Shown here: piece after piece, positions 1 through 7,820 of the stretch | Layout: each line of letters begins with the position of its first letter | Position numbering within the stretch: the first letter of the stretch is position 1 | NCBI GenBank assembly: GCA_036514555.1 | Contig: DATBWY010000078.1 | Coordinates: 1-24,599, forward strand | Reading direction: 5' to 3' | From: Candidatus Subteraquimicrobiales bacterium | Lineage (GTDB): Bacteria; Actinomycetota; Aquicultoria; Subteraquimicrobiales; DATBWY01 | Length of the DNA stretch: 24,599 nt | Notes under the pieces: model-generated | What the model saw: the letters and a program-made list of their open reading frames with translations, nothing else | Database searches by the model: none | Told to the model about the DNA's origin: nothing | Position numbers and translations under genes: made by a program

Positions 1-2
1 CC

Positions 3-1118
3 TTTGCTTTGCTCTCTTTTGTTGCCGTGTTAATTATCTCTTGTCCCTGTGCTTTAGGAATAGCCACTCCGGCCGCTTTGATGGTGGGGGTGGGGAAAGG
101 AGCCGAAAAAGGTATCCTTATTCGAGGGGGACAATACATCGAGAGAGCCAAGGATCTCCAGGCCGTCATCTTTGATAAAACAGGAACGCTCACCCGAGGC
201 GAGCCGGCCTTGACAGACGTGGTGTCCTTAAACGGAGACGAGAGTTCGGTTTTGCGCTACGCGGCCATCGCGGAGACGAGTTCAGAGCATCCTTTGGCGG
301 AGGCGATAATCAAAGGAGCTAGAGAAAAGGGCATTACGTTTGAGAGACCCGATAAATTTAAGGCGCTACCAGGACAGGGTGTTGAGGCGACCTACGGGAA
401 GCAACAGATACTGTTAGGCAATCAAAGCCTGATGAAAAAAAATTCTCTCGAAACCGAGAAGATGGAAACTAAGCTTGCCACTCTGGAAGAGCAGGGCAAA
501 ACAGTAATGTTTGTGGCCAAGGATCATCAAATCTTAGGCTTGATAGGGGTAGCCGATATCCTTAAGAAAGAAGCGGCAACGGCTGTGTCAGAATTAAAAA
601 CGCTGGGAGTAGAAGTGTATCTTTTGACAGGGGACAATGAAAGAACGGCCAAAGCCGTGGCCCGGCAGGTGGGCATAGAGAACGTCTTTGCTGAAGTGTT
701 GCCTTGGGAAAAGGTTGACGTGGTGAAGAAGCTTCAAAAACAGGGAAAAGTAGTGTCGATGGTGGGTGACGGCATTAACGATGCTCCGGCTTTAGCTCAG
801 TCAGATATCGGAATTGCTATTGGAAGCGGCTCTGATGTGGCTAAGGAGAGCGGAGGAATCGTCTTAGTCAAGGACAAAGTGACCGACGTCGCGGCGGGGA
901 TAAAGCTGAGCATGGCCACTATGCGCAAGATCAAACAAAACCTGTTTTGGGCCTTTTTTTACAACACCGCCGCCATACCAGTTGCCGCCGGGATTCTCTT
1001 TCCCTTCATCGGTCTTTCCTATATTGAAAAAATGCCAATCATTGCCGCAGCAGCGATGTCTCTTTCTTCTCTCACGGTCATTCTAAACTCCGCTTCGCTC
1101 AAAAGATTCAAGCTCTAA
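3..1118 (+). CDS. copA: Copper-translocating P1B-1 type ATPase, 5'-truncated by window edge
   Basis: CPC in TM6, DKTGTLT phosphorylation motif, SEHP, TGDN, GDGINDAP, plus YN (AFFYN) and MxxSS (MSLSS) signatures of Cu+/Ag+ P1B-1 pumps. Frame is open from the window start. Confidence 0.9.
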   Translation, partial: FALLSFVAVLIISCPCALGIATPAALMVGVGKGAEKGILIRGGQYIERAKDLQAVIFDKTGTLTRGEPALTDVVSLNGDESSVLRYAAIAETSSEHPLAEAIIKGAREKGITFERPDKFKALPGQGVEATYGKQQILLGNQSLMKKNSLETEKMETKLATLEEQGKTVMFVAKDHQILGLIGVADILKKEAATAVSELKTLGVEVYLLTGDNERTAKAVARQVGIENVFAEVLPWEKVDVVKKLQKQGKVVSMVGDGINDAPALAQSDIGIAIGSGSDVAKESGGIVLVKDKVTDVAAGIKLSMATMRKIKQNLFWAFFYNTAAIPVAAGILFPFIGLSYIEKMPIIAAAAMSLSSLTVILNSASLKRFKL

Positions 1119-1335
1119 TCCTTCCACCATAAAATCTATCGACTTTCTTGGCTTCGGCAGTTAAGCGGCATCACTGTCTTGGAAAAGCGCGTGCGGTTCG
1201 CGAAGTTTCTTTTGTCTCAGACAGACGAGCGGGAACGAAGAGGATAGGCGACCAAATAAGTTCAATTCAGGTATTGAAATCTTTAATATGATAGGCCTAA
1301 TATAATATTAAGAATTGGATGAGGGGGTGAGTGCG

Positions 1336-1482
1336 GTGGAAGAAGAACACACTGGAATGGTCGCGACCTGTTCCGCGAAGGAGTGCGCTTATAACGAGAA
1401 CATGAATTGCAGTGCTCCCAGTATTTCCGTGAGCAAACACGCGGATCACGCCGATTGTGAAACTTTTCACCCCAAAGGTTAG
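1336..1482 (+). CDS. Small Cys/His-rich protein, DUF1540-like (48 aa), not in ORF track
   Basis: GAGGGGG SD at 1321-1327, GTG at 1336, TAG at 1480-1482. Translation MEEEHTGMVATCSAKECAYNENMNCSAPSISVSKHADHADCETFHPKG shows the C-x4-C-x2-N...C-x-A...C-x-TF pattern I recall for DUF1540. Confidence 0.8.
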   Translation: MEEEHTGMVATCSAKECAYNENMNCSAPSISVSKHADHADCETFHPKG

Positions 1483-1588
1483 GATCCAAATTTAGCAAAA
1501 AAGAAGTCGGACGAGAAACGACAATGCTCTCTGTGCGCCTCGTCACCGCTCGATGCCTCGTTTTGCGGAGCCCGGGTTAGGGCGAGGG

Positions 1589-1617
1589 TTTACTTGTGTC
1601 ATGTTTTAAATTATAAT
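1589..1617 (+). promoter_or_regulatory. Sigma70-type promoter for the thi operon
   Basis: TTTACT (1589-1594), 17-nt spacer, TATAAT (1612-1617), about 35 nt upstream of the riboswitch aptamer. Confidence 0.65.
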
Positions 1618-1651
1618 TTGGTCACAACAAAATATTTAATCAAATGAATTA

Positions 1652-1745
1652 GCTGCTAGGGGTGCTCGTGAAAACGGGCTGAGAATCCCTAAATTTGGGA
1701 AACCCTCTCAACCTGATCTGGATAATGCCAGCGGAGGGAAGCACG
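1652..1745 (+). ncRNA. TPP (thi-box) riboswitch aptamer
   Basis: CTAGGGGTGC; P3 GCTCGT-GAAA-ACGGGC; CTGAGA; P3a TCCC/GGGA; ACCC; AACCTGAT; P5 CTGG-ATAATG-CCAG; CGGAGGGAAGC. Lies upstream of thiamine genes. Confidence 0.97.
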
Positions 1746-1754
1746 CTTGAGGAA

Positions 1755-1792
1755 AAGTCTACCTTACCCTTTTCGCTGAGGTAGATTTTTTT
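1755..1792 (+). terminator. Intrinsic terminator, riboswitch expression platform
   Basis: Stem AAGTCTACCTTA / TGAGGTAGATTT followed by a T run. The loop segment CCCTTTTCGCT (1767-1777) can pair with aptamer AGCGGAGGG (1730-1738) as an antiterminator. Confidence 0.85.
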
Positions 1793-1850
1793 GTTTAAAT
1801 ATGAGAAGGCAAAAGGTAAGAGACCAGTCTTTCTAAAAAGGAGGAGAACT

Positions 1851-2657
1851 ATGGCAATATTTCATCCGGTTGCGGAAAAAGACGTTACTCAGGCGATTGT
1901 TGAGAGTTTTTTAACCCAGTTTAAGCAGTATGCCGAGAGCGATGTGATTATTATCGGCGGCGGGCCGAGTGGTCTTATAGCCGGGAAAGAGCTTGCCCAA
2001 AAGAATTACAAGGTTTTGCTGGTGGAAAGAAATAATTATCTTGGAGGTGGTTTCTGGCTTGGCGGGTATTTGATGAACAAAGTAACGGTTAGAGCGCCGG
2101 CTCAAGAAGTACTGGAGGCTCTCAAGATTCCCTATGAACAGGCGGTTGAGGGTTTGTTTGTTGCCGACGGACCGCATGCTTGCTCTAAACTTATCGCTTC
2201 AGCCTGTGACGCCGGGGTTAAATTTGCCAATATGACCATCTTTGAGGACGTAATTTTGAGAGAAGAGAATAAAGTTGCGGGTGTCGTCATCAACTGGACT
2301 CCCATCTCCTCCTTGCCTAGGGAGATAACCTGCGTAGATCCAATTGGTTTAGAGGCAAAAATTGTCATTGACGCTACCGGACACGACGCCTGTGTTGTTA
2401 AGAAATTGGAAGAAAGGGGCCTAATCAAGACCCCTGGTTTCGGGGGAATGTGGGTAGAAAAATCCGAAGACTTAGTAGTGGAGCACACTGGCGAGGTTGC
2501 GCCCGGTCTGATGGTCTGCGGTATGGCTACTTCGACCACTTACGGTCTGCCCCGGATGGGACCAACTTTTGGGGCCATGCTTCTTTCCGGAAAAAGGGCG
2601 GCGGAAATCGCCGACAAAATTTTGGAAAAGGAAGAAGAGAAAGTTTTAAAAGAATAA
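1851..2657 (+). CDS. thi4: Thi4-family adenosine diphosphate thiazole synthase, Cys-type
   Basis: GGGPSG Rossmann motif, GGG-x-W-x-[22 protein letters not shown], and TCVDP with Cys at 2331-2333. Start moved to ATG 1851 behind AAGGAGG (1838-1844); the track start 1791 lies in the terminator tail. Confidence 0.95.
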   Translation: MAIFHPVAEKDVTQAIVESFLTQFKQYAESDVIIIGGGPSGLIAGKELAQKNYKVLLVERNNYLGGGFWLGGYLMNKVTVRAPAQEVLEALKIPYEQAVEGLFVADGPHACSKLIASACDAGVKFANMTIFEDVILREENKVAGVVINWTPISSLPREITCVDPIGLEAKIVIDATGHDACVVKKLEERGLIKTPGFGGMWVEKSEDLVVEHTGEVAPGLMVCGMATSTTYGLPRMGPTFGAMLLSGKRAAEIADKILEKEEEKVLKE

Positions 2658-2669
2658 ATCTAAAGAAAC

Positions 2670-3503
2670 ATGAAAAAAAGTCAAATCACTGTCTATCTTT
2701 ATGATGAGCCGAAATCAACCAGATTGGATACGAAGAGTATAAAAAATTACCTTGAGGAAAAAACCAGCCTTAAGGTTCGGTTGCGACCGGCCATCTTTGA
2801 CTTTTTTGTGAGTTCACGGAAGCCGGGAGAGAGAGAACTAGAAAAATGGGCTCAAAAATTAGCTCAAACCAAGATTAGAGACGTTTCCCGCGTGTCATCG
2901 CTCGCTCCCTTAAAAGGAGAAATAGAGTACGAAATAAGAAGACTTTTGGACCATTCAATCAAATCTTTTGGGCTTTTATACGACGGATTTCCACTCGTTT
3001 CTCTATTTTTTAATTTATTGCCGGAAGAAGAGCAAAACGGGCGTTTCATTCACATAATCTTTACAAACCAGCTTATTGGCACCTGGGACAAAGTAAGCGC
3101 CCGTTATCACGCACGAGTCGCTGTCTTAAGTTTTCCCTCAATCATTTCAACCACGGGTGTTGTGGAGGCGCCGGCTAAGCCCAAAGAGTATTACTGGTTG
3201 AAACAACAGGTTTTATCGCTGGGGTTCGATCCCGAAACCTTGGAGGATTTTAAAAAAGCCCGGAACAATGAGTTGCTTGAACACGAAGACCAGCGGCTCA
3301 CAGAGGTTTTGAAAGGTTATGCGCTTCAGGCAATCCTTCATCACTTTGAAGACGAACCATTTTGTAAAGATCAAAATTGCCGATTGTTCAATGCTCACTG
3401 GCAAAAAGAAGTGATAAGAGCTCAGCTCGAGGGAGAATATGAACTTTGCCCAGAACACGAGAAATTTTTTCAAGACCTCAAGGAGTTAAGGTGGCAAGGA
3501 TAA
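2670..3503 (+). CDS. Uncharacterised protein, DUF6775/DUF7001-like degenerate archaemetzincin-type Zn protein
   Basis: 277-aa ORF 12 nt after thi4, overlapping the thiE start. Motifs GTW...RYHARV, GVVEAPAKPKEYY, LKGYALQA, C-x4-C-x3-NAH...C-x2-H. Family name is from recall and is not verified. Confidence 0.75.
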   Translation: MKKSQITVYLYDEPKSTRLDTKSIKNYLEEKTSLKVRLRPAIFDFFVSSRKPGERELEKWAQKLAQTKIRDVSRVSSLAPLKGEIEYEIRRLLDHSIKSFGLLYDGFPLVSLFFNLLPEEEQNGRFIHIIFTNQLIGTWDKVSARYHARVAVLSFPSIISTTGVVEAPAKPKEYYWLKQQVLSLGFDPETLEDFKKARNNELLEHEDQRLTEVLKGYALQAILHHFEDEPFCKDQNCRLFNAHWQKEVIRAQLEGEYELCPEHEKFFQDLKELRWQG

Positions 3504-4171
3504 ATTTGGGGGTACGGCCGGAATCCAAAAGGCTGGATCGCGGAATCGATTTAAGTCTTTATGCAATTACTGCTGAATTTCCTCCGCTGGCAAGAAGTCA
3601 TCTGAAGGTAGCCGAAGCCGCGATTGACGGCGGAGCCAGTGTCATCCAGCTGCGCGAAAAAACGGCCCCGACCAGAGAATTTTTGGAAGAAGCTTTAAAA
3701 ATTCGAGCAGCGACCAAAAAAGCTAAAATACCGCTTATCATTAACGATCGTCTAGACATAGCCTTAGCTGTTGATGCCGACGGGGTTCATCTCGGTCAAG
3801 AAGATTTGCCCGTCGCGATGGCCAGGAGAATTTTGGGGCCAAAAAAAATTATTGGCGTCTCTCTGGGAAGAGCCGAGGAGGCAAAGACGGCAGTCTCCGA
3901 GGGAGCTGACTACGTTGCCTTGGGGCCTATTTTTGAAACGGCCAGTAAGAGTGATGCCAGAAAGCCCGTTGGCTGTGAGGCTGTGAGAAAAATTAGAGCC
4001 GCCCTAAAAATTCCTGTAGTCGCAATTGGCGGAATAAATGGGGATAATGTGAGGGAAGTTTTGGAGGCGGGGGCCGATGGGGTCGCCGTTATTTCCGCTA
4101 TCTCCGAGGCCCAAAACATGAAAGAGGCTACTCAGTCTCTTCTCGATAAAATCAGGTTATACAGGCGATGA
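3491..4171 (+). CDS. thiE: Thiamine-phosphate synthase
   Basis: IQLREK, LIINDRLD, DGVHLGQED, GVS, YVALGPIFET-x-SK, VAIGGI, GVAVISAI. GTG at 3491 follows AGGAG (3481-3485). Confidence 0.95.
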   Translation: MARINLGVRPESKRLDRGIDLSLYAITAEFPPLARSHLKVAEAAIDGGASVIQLREKTAPTREFLEEALKIRAATKKAKIPLIINDRLDIALAVDADGVHLGQEDLPVAMARRILGPKKIIGVSLGRAEEAKTAVSEGADYVALGPIFETASKSDARKPVGCEAVRKIRAALKIPVVAIGGINGDNVREVLEAGADGVAVISAISEAQNMKEATQSLLDKIRLYRR

Positions 4172-4214
4172 GGTTGAAGGGAAAAGTTTGAGTAATGAGA
4201 TGGGAGCAAGAAAA

Positions 4215-5516
4215 ATGACTTTAATCCAAAGGATAAAAGCGGGCGAAGTTCCTGAAATAGTAACAAAAGTAGCCTCTTTTGAAAGAGTGAACCTAAAGAC
4301 CCTTCTTGAACATATCGTTCAGGGCAAAGTGGTCATTCCTCAAAACATCGGAAGAACTCTAGCGTCGCCCGCGGGAATTGGTAAGGGCCTGCGCACCAAG
4401 ATTAACGCTAACCTCGGGACTTCCGCCGATTTTCCGTATCTCCAAGAAGAGTTAAAGAAACTGGAAATTGCTATAAGAGCCGGCGCAGACACTGTCATGG
4501 ACTTAAGCACCGGCGGCGATTTAGATAAGATTCGGCGGGACATTTTGAAAAGGTCTACCGTGCCGGTGGGAACGGTTCCTATTTATCAGGCCGCGGTGGA
4601 AGCGCAGCAAAAAAAGGGCGGCATTGTGGAGATGACCCCAGAGGATCTTTTTAGAGTGATTGAAAAGCAGGCGGAAGACGGGGTAGATTTTGTGACAGTT
4701 CACTGTGGCGTGACAACTAAGGTTTTGGATGATTTGAGCAGAACCGGGCGGATTACCAGCATTGTGAGTCGGGGAGGAACTTTCCTCGCGGGCTGGATTC
4801 GCCACAACGAACAGGAGAATCCTCTATACGAAGGGTTTGATCGGCTGCTTGATCTGGCGAGAAGATATGATCTCACTCTAAGCTTAGGGGATGGGTTACG
4901 TCCCGGGTGCCTGGCTGACGCCACCGACAAAGCCCAAATAAGTGAGCTTTCGGTCCTGGCCGAACTGGTCGACAGGGCTCGAGACGCGGACGTTCAGGTA
5001 ATTGTGGAAGGGCCGGGTCATGTACCTCTTAATCAAATCGAAGCCAACGTAAAACTACAAAAAGAACTGTGCAAAGAAGCTCCTTTTTATGTATTGGGAC
5101 CCTTAGTAACGGATGTCGCTCCGGGATATGATCATATCGTGGCGGCTATCGGTGGCACTTTAGCGGCCTTTTATGGGGCCGATTTCCTATGTTATGTTAC
5201 TCCTCGGGAACACCTGGGTCTTCCGACCGTTCAGGACGTGAAAGAAGGGACTGTCGCCTCCAGAATTGCGGCTCACGCTGCTGATATTGCAAAAGGAGTC
5301 CCTGGGGCCTCCGACTGGGACTTGAAGATGGCCCGGGCCCGGGCCGATTTAAACTGGAAGGACCAGATTGAGTTGGCAATGGATTCTCAAAAAGCCCAAG
5401 AAGCGCATGAGGAAAGAAAAGGCCCCCACAATGACGCCTGTACCATGTGCGGCGATTATTGTGCCTTGAAATTAGCTAGTGAGTATCTTAAGTCTAGCTC
5501 GACTGGGAAGTGTTGA
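4215..5516 (+). CDS. thiC: Phosphomethylpyrimidine synthase (radical SAM)
   Basis: KINANLGTS, GADTVMDLSTG, TVHCG, SRGG, SLGDGLRPG, EGPGH, APGYDH, C-terminal CTMCGDYC cluster motif, thi operon context. Start ATG 4215 (GGGAG SD) preferred over TTG 4188. Confidence 0.95.
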   Translation: MTLIQRIKAGEVPEIVTKVASFERVNLKTLLEHIVQGKVVIPQNIGRTLASPAGIGKGLRTKINANLGTSADFPYLQEELKKLEIAIRAGADTVMDLSTGGDLDKIRRDILKRSTVPVGTVPIYQAAVEAQQKKGGIVEMTPEDLFRVIEKQAEDGVDFVTVHCGVTTKVLDDLSRTGRITSIVSRGGTFLAGWIRHNEQENPLYEGFDRLLDLARRYDLTLSLGDGLRPGCLADATDKAQISELSVLAELVDRARDADVQVIVEGPGHVPLNQIEANVKLQKELCKEAPFYVLGPLVTDVAPGYDHIVAAIGGTLAAFYGADFLCYVTPREHLGLPTVQDVKEGTVASRIAAHAADIAKGVPGASDWDLKMARARADLNWKDQIELAMDSQKAQEAHEERKGPHNDACTMCGDYCALKLASEYLKSSSTGKC

Positions 5517-5522
5517 TAAAAG

Positions 5523-6530
5523 ATGACCCTTGAGGAAATCGGGGAAATAAAGCTTATCGAGGAAATTTCAAAGATCATTCAAAAGGAAGATAAGCGGGTA
5601 CTGGTTCCTGTGGGTGACGATGCCGCCGTTTGTGTTTCCCCTCGCCACAACACCGTTTTAACCACCGATATCCTCGTAGAAGAGGTCCACTTTAAGCTGG
5701 ATTCAATCTTGCCGTACCAGTTGGGTTACAAGGCTTTGGCCGTAAATTTAAGTGATATAGCCGCTATGGCGGGCTTGCCTCGATTTGCCCTGGTATCTTT
5801 GGGTTTAAAGCCAAAAACTGAATTAAAATGGATTCAAGAATTTTACCGGGGAATGATGGCTCTCGGGGCGAATTACGACGTGACTGTGGTTGGGGGAGAC
5901 GTGTCGAGAGCGGCTCTTGTTTCGGTTACCGCGACTATTGTGGGCGAGGTTGAGCCCGAACTCCTGCGCCGAAGAAACGAGGCTAAAGTAGGACACAGGA
6001 TTTTGGTTACCGGCAAGCTTGGGGCGGCCGCCGCTGGTCTTCTGCTTCTTGATTCAGGCATAGAAAATCCTGATAGCGAGCTGATTCAAGCGCACTTTTT
6101 TCCCAATCCCAGAATAACTGAGGCCAGAATAGCATCACAAGAGGGCGCCTCGGCTATGGAAGACATCAGCGATGGTTTAGCCCGGGAAATTTCGAACATC
6201 GCCAGAGCGAGCAAAGTTGGCGCCAGAATTTTTACCCAAAAGATTCCCGTTGCCCCTGGTGTTAAAAAGGTAGCTAAAGATCAAAACAAGCACTTTTTGG
6301 AATTAGCTTTAGCGGGAGGAGAGGACTATGAGTTAGTTTTTACGGTAGCTCCTCAAAAAGTGGGGCAGGTAGCTTCCTCGATCGTGAAGAAGACCAAGAC
6401 TTTAGTAACCGAAGTCGGGGAAATTGTACCTAAAGAATCTGGGGTACTTCTTGGTAACGACGATTTTCGAGACTTCCCTTTGGACAAATTAGGGTATAAT
6501 CACTTTAAAATGAATAATTTTTTAAGATAA
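5523..6530 (+). CDS. thiL: Thiamine-monophosphate kinase
   Basis: GE-x2-LI, GDDAAV, TTD-x-LVEEVHF, NLSDIAAMAG, GGD, DISDGL, GGEDYELVFT. Confidence 0.95.
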   Translation: MTLEEIGEIKLIEEISKIIQKEDKRVLVPVGDDAAVCVSPRHNTVLTTDILVEEVHFKLDSILPYQLGYKALAVNLSDIAAMAGLPRFALVSLGLKPKTELKWIQEFYRGMMALGANYDVTVVGGDVSRAALVSVTATIVGEVEPELLRRRNEAKVGHRILVTGKLGAAAAGLLLLDSGIENPDSELIQAHFFPNPRITEARIASQEGASAMEDISDGLAREISNIARASKVGARIFTQKIPVAPGVKKVAKDQNKHFLELALAGGEDYELVFTVAPQKVGQVASSIVKKTKTLVTEVGEIVPKESGVLLGNDDFRDFPLDKLGYNHFKMNNFLR

Positions 6531-6564
6531 ATCGAGGATTTTGGGGATAAATAACGAAATATAG

Positions 6565-7257
6565 ATGATAATTGCGTCAAACTTAAGAAACGTCAAGGAA
6601 AAAATCGAGCAAGCTTGTTTCGAAGCTGGACGGGACCCCACTGAAGTTAAGTTAATAGCTGTTACCAAAAATGTTTCGGTTGCCCGGATAAAAGAGGCAA
6701 TTGACCAAGGGGTTACCGATATCGGTGAAAACAGAGTTCAGGAAGTTGCGAAAAAGATAGAGCTTCTGGGCGCGGAAGACATTCAAGTAAACTGGCATTT
6801 CGTGGGACATTTGCAACGAAATAAAGTCAAGTATATTATAGATTCAATAAACCTTATTCACTCTCTGGATAATCCAAGGCTCGCTGAAGAAATCGATAAA
6901 AGAGCAGAACAAAAAGGAAAAGTGCAGAATGTGTTGGTGCAGGTGAATTTTTCTGAAGATGCAAATAGATTCGGATTTTTACCCGCGGAAACGAAGGACT
7001 TTCTCAAAGAAGCATCCAAACTTAAACACATATCAATTCAAGGATTAATGACCATGGCTCCGTTAGCATCGGCGGAACGCGTAAGGCTTATTTTTGCTCG
7101 ATCTAAGAGTTTCTTCGAAGAGTTAAAATCTCTCAAATATCCCTATGACATGCGATATCTTTCCATGGGTATGAGCAATGATTTTGAGATAGCTATAAAA
7201 GAGGGATCAAATATGGTGCGCATAGGCACTGCCATTTTTAGGGGAGCAGACGATTAA
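6565..7257 (+). CDS. yggS: PLP homeostasis protein, YggS family
   Basis: LIAVTK (PLP lysine), GENRVQE, WHFVGHLQRNKVK, GLMTMAP, LSMGMSNDFEIAI-x-EGS-x-MVRIGTAIF. Confidence 0.96.
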   Translation: MIIASNLRNVKEKIEQACFEAGRDPTEVKLIAVTKNVSVARIKEAIDQGVTDIGENRVQEVAKKIELLGAEDIQVNWHFVGHLQRNKVKYIIDSINLIHSLDNPRLAEEIDKRAEQKGKVQNVLVQVNFSEDANRFGFLPAETKDFLKEASKLKHISIQGLMTMAPLASAERVRLIFARSKSFFEELKSLKYPYDMRYLSMGMSNDFEIAIKEGSNMVRIGTAIFRGADD

Positions 7258-7275
7258 ACTAAGAGGTGCTTTAAA

Positions 7276-7755
7276 GTGAAGGATTTTTGGAAAAAGGCCT
7301 TAGTCTACTTAGGCTTAGCCTACGAAGAAGAAGAAGAGTTTGAAGAGGAGGAGATAGTTGATAATTATGAGGAATCTTCTTCTCCAGCGGTACGCCGGAT
7401 CCAACGTTCACCCGATATTATGAGGGCGAAACGAGCCGTCCTTAGACCGGTGACTACCACACCCCAGACAAGGGTACACATTGTTGAACCCCGGAACTTC
7501 CAGGATGCCAAACAAATCGCCGACAAGTTTAAGGCTAATATCCCCGTTATTCTAAATCTTCAGCAAAACGATGCGGAGCTCTGCAGACGTTTGATTGACT
7601 TCGCCAGCGGGCTCAGTTATGGCTTGAACGGAGGTATTCAAAAAATTGCCAAGAAGGTGTTCCTCCTGACTCCTTCCAATGTAGAGGTTAGTGCGGAGGA
7701 AAAAAGAAGATTACGGGAGAAGGGTTTGTTTAATCAGTTTCAAGATGATTTCTAG
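7276..7755 (+). CDS. sepF: Cell division protein SepF
   Basis: N-terminal amphipathic FWKKALVYLGL, acidic linker, P-x2-F-x-DA-x2-IAD, VILNL, RRLIDFASG-x2-YGL-x-G, VFLLTP. GAGGTG SD before the GTG start. Confidence 0.93.
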   Translation: MKDFWKKALVYLGLAYEEEEEFEEEEIVDNYEESSSPAVRRIQRSPDIMRAKRAVLRPVTTTPQTRVHIVEPRNFQDAKQIADKFKANIPVILNLQQNDAELCRRLIDFASGLSYGLNGGIQKIAKKVFLLTPSNVEVSAEEKRRLREKGLFNQFQDDF

Positions 7756-7820
7756 GCCGAGAAAAGCGTAAATTATGTAAGTGACTGACTTTAGATAGAA
7801 GTCAGAAGATGGAGTTGGTT

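Noticed and set aside
1119-1270. Structured-looking spacer after copA (CGCG..CGCG and TGTCT-C-AGACA mini-palindromes) as a possible ncRNA
   Set aside because: Only 4-5 bp stems, no recognisable RNA family motif, and no credible ORF on either strand.
1283-1546. 87-aa minus-strand ORF in the track
   Set aside because: Antisense shadow of the DUF1540-like gene, which has the SD and family motif.
3221-3234. GGTTCGATCC tRNA T-arm-like motif
   Set aside because: Lies inside a coding region with no acceptor, D or anticodon arms.
4215-5516. ThiC paralogue BzaA/BzaB/BzaF (benzimidazole synthesis)
   Set aside because: TPP riboswitch and thiE/thiL neighbours favour ThiC; no cobalamin genes or riboswitch are present.
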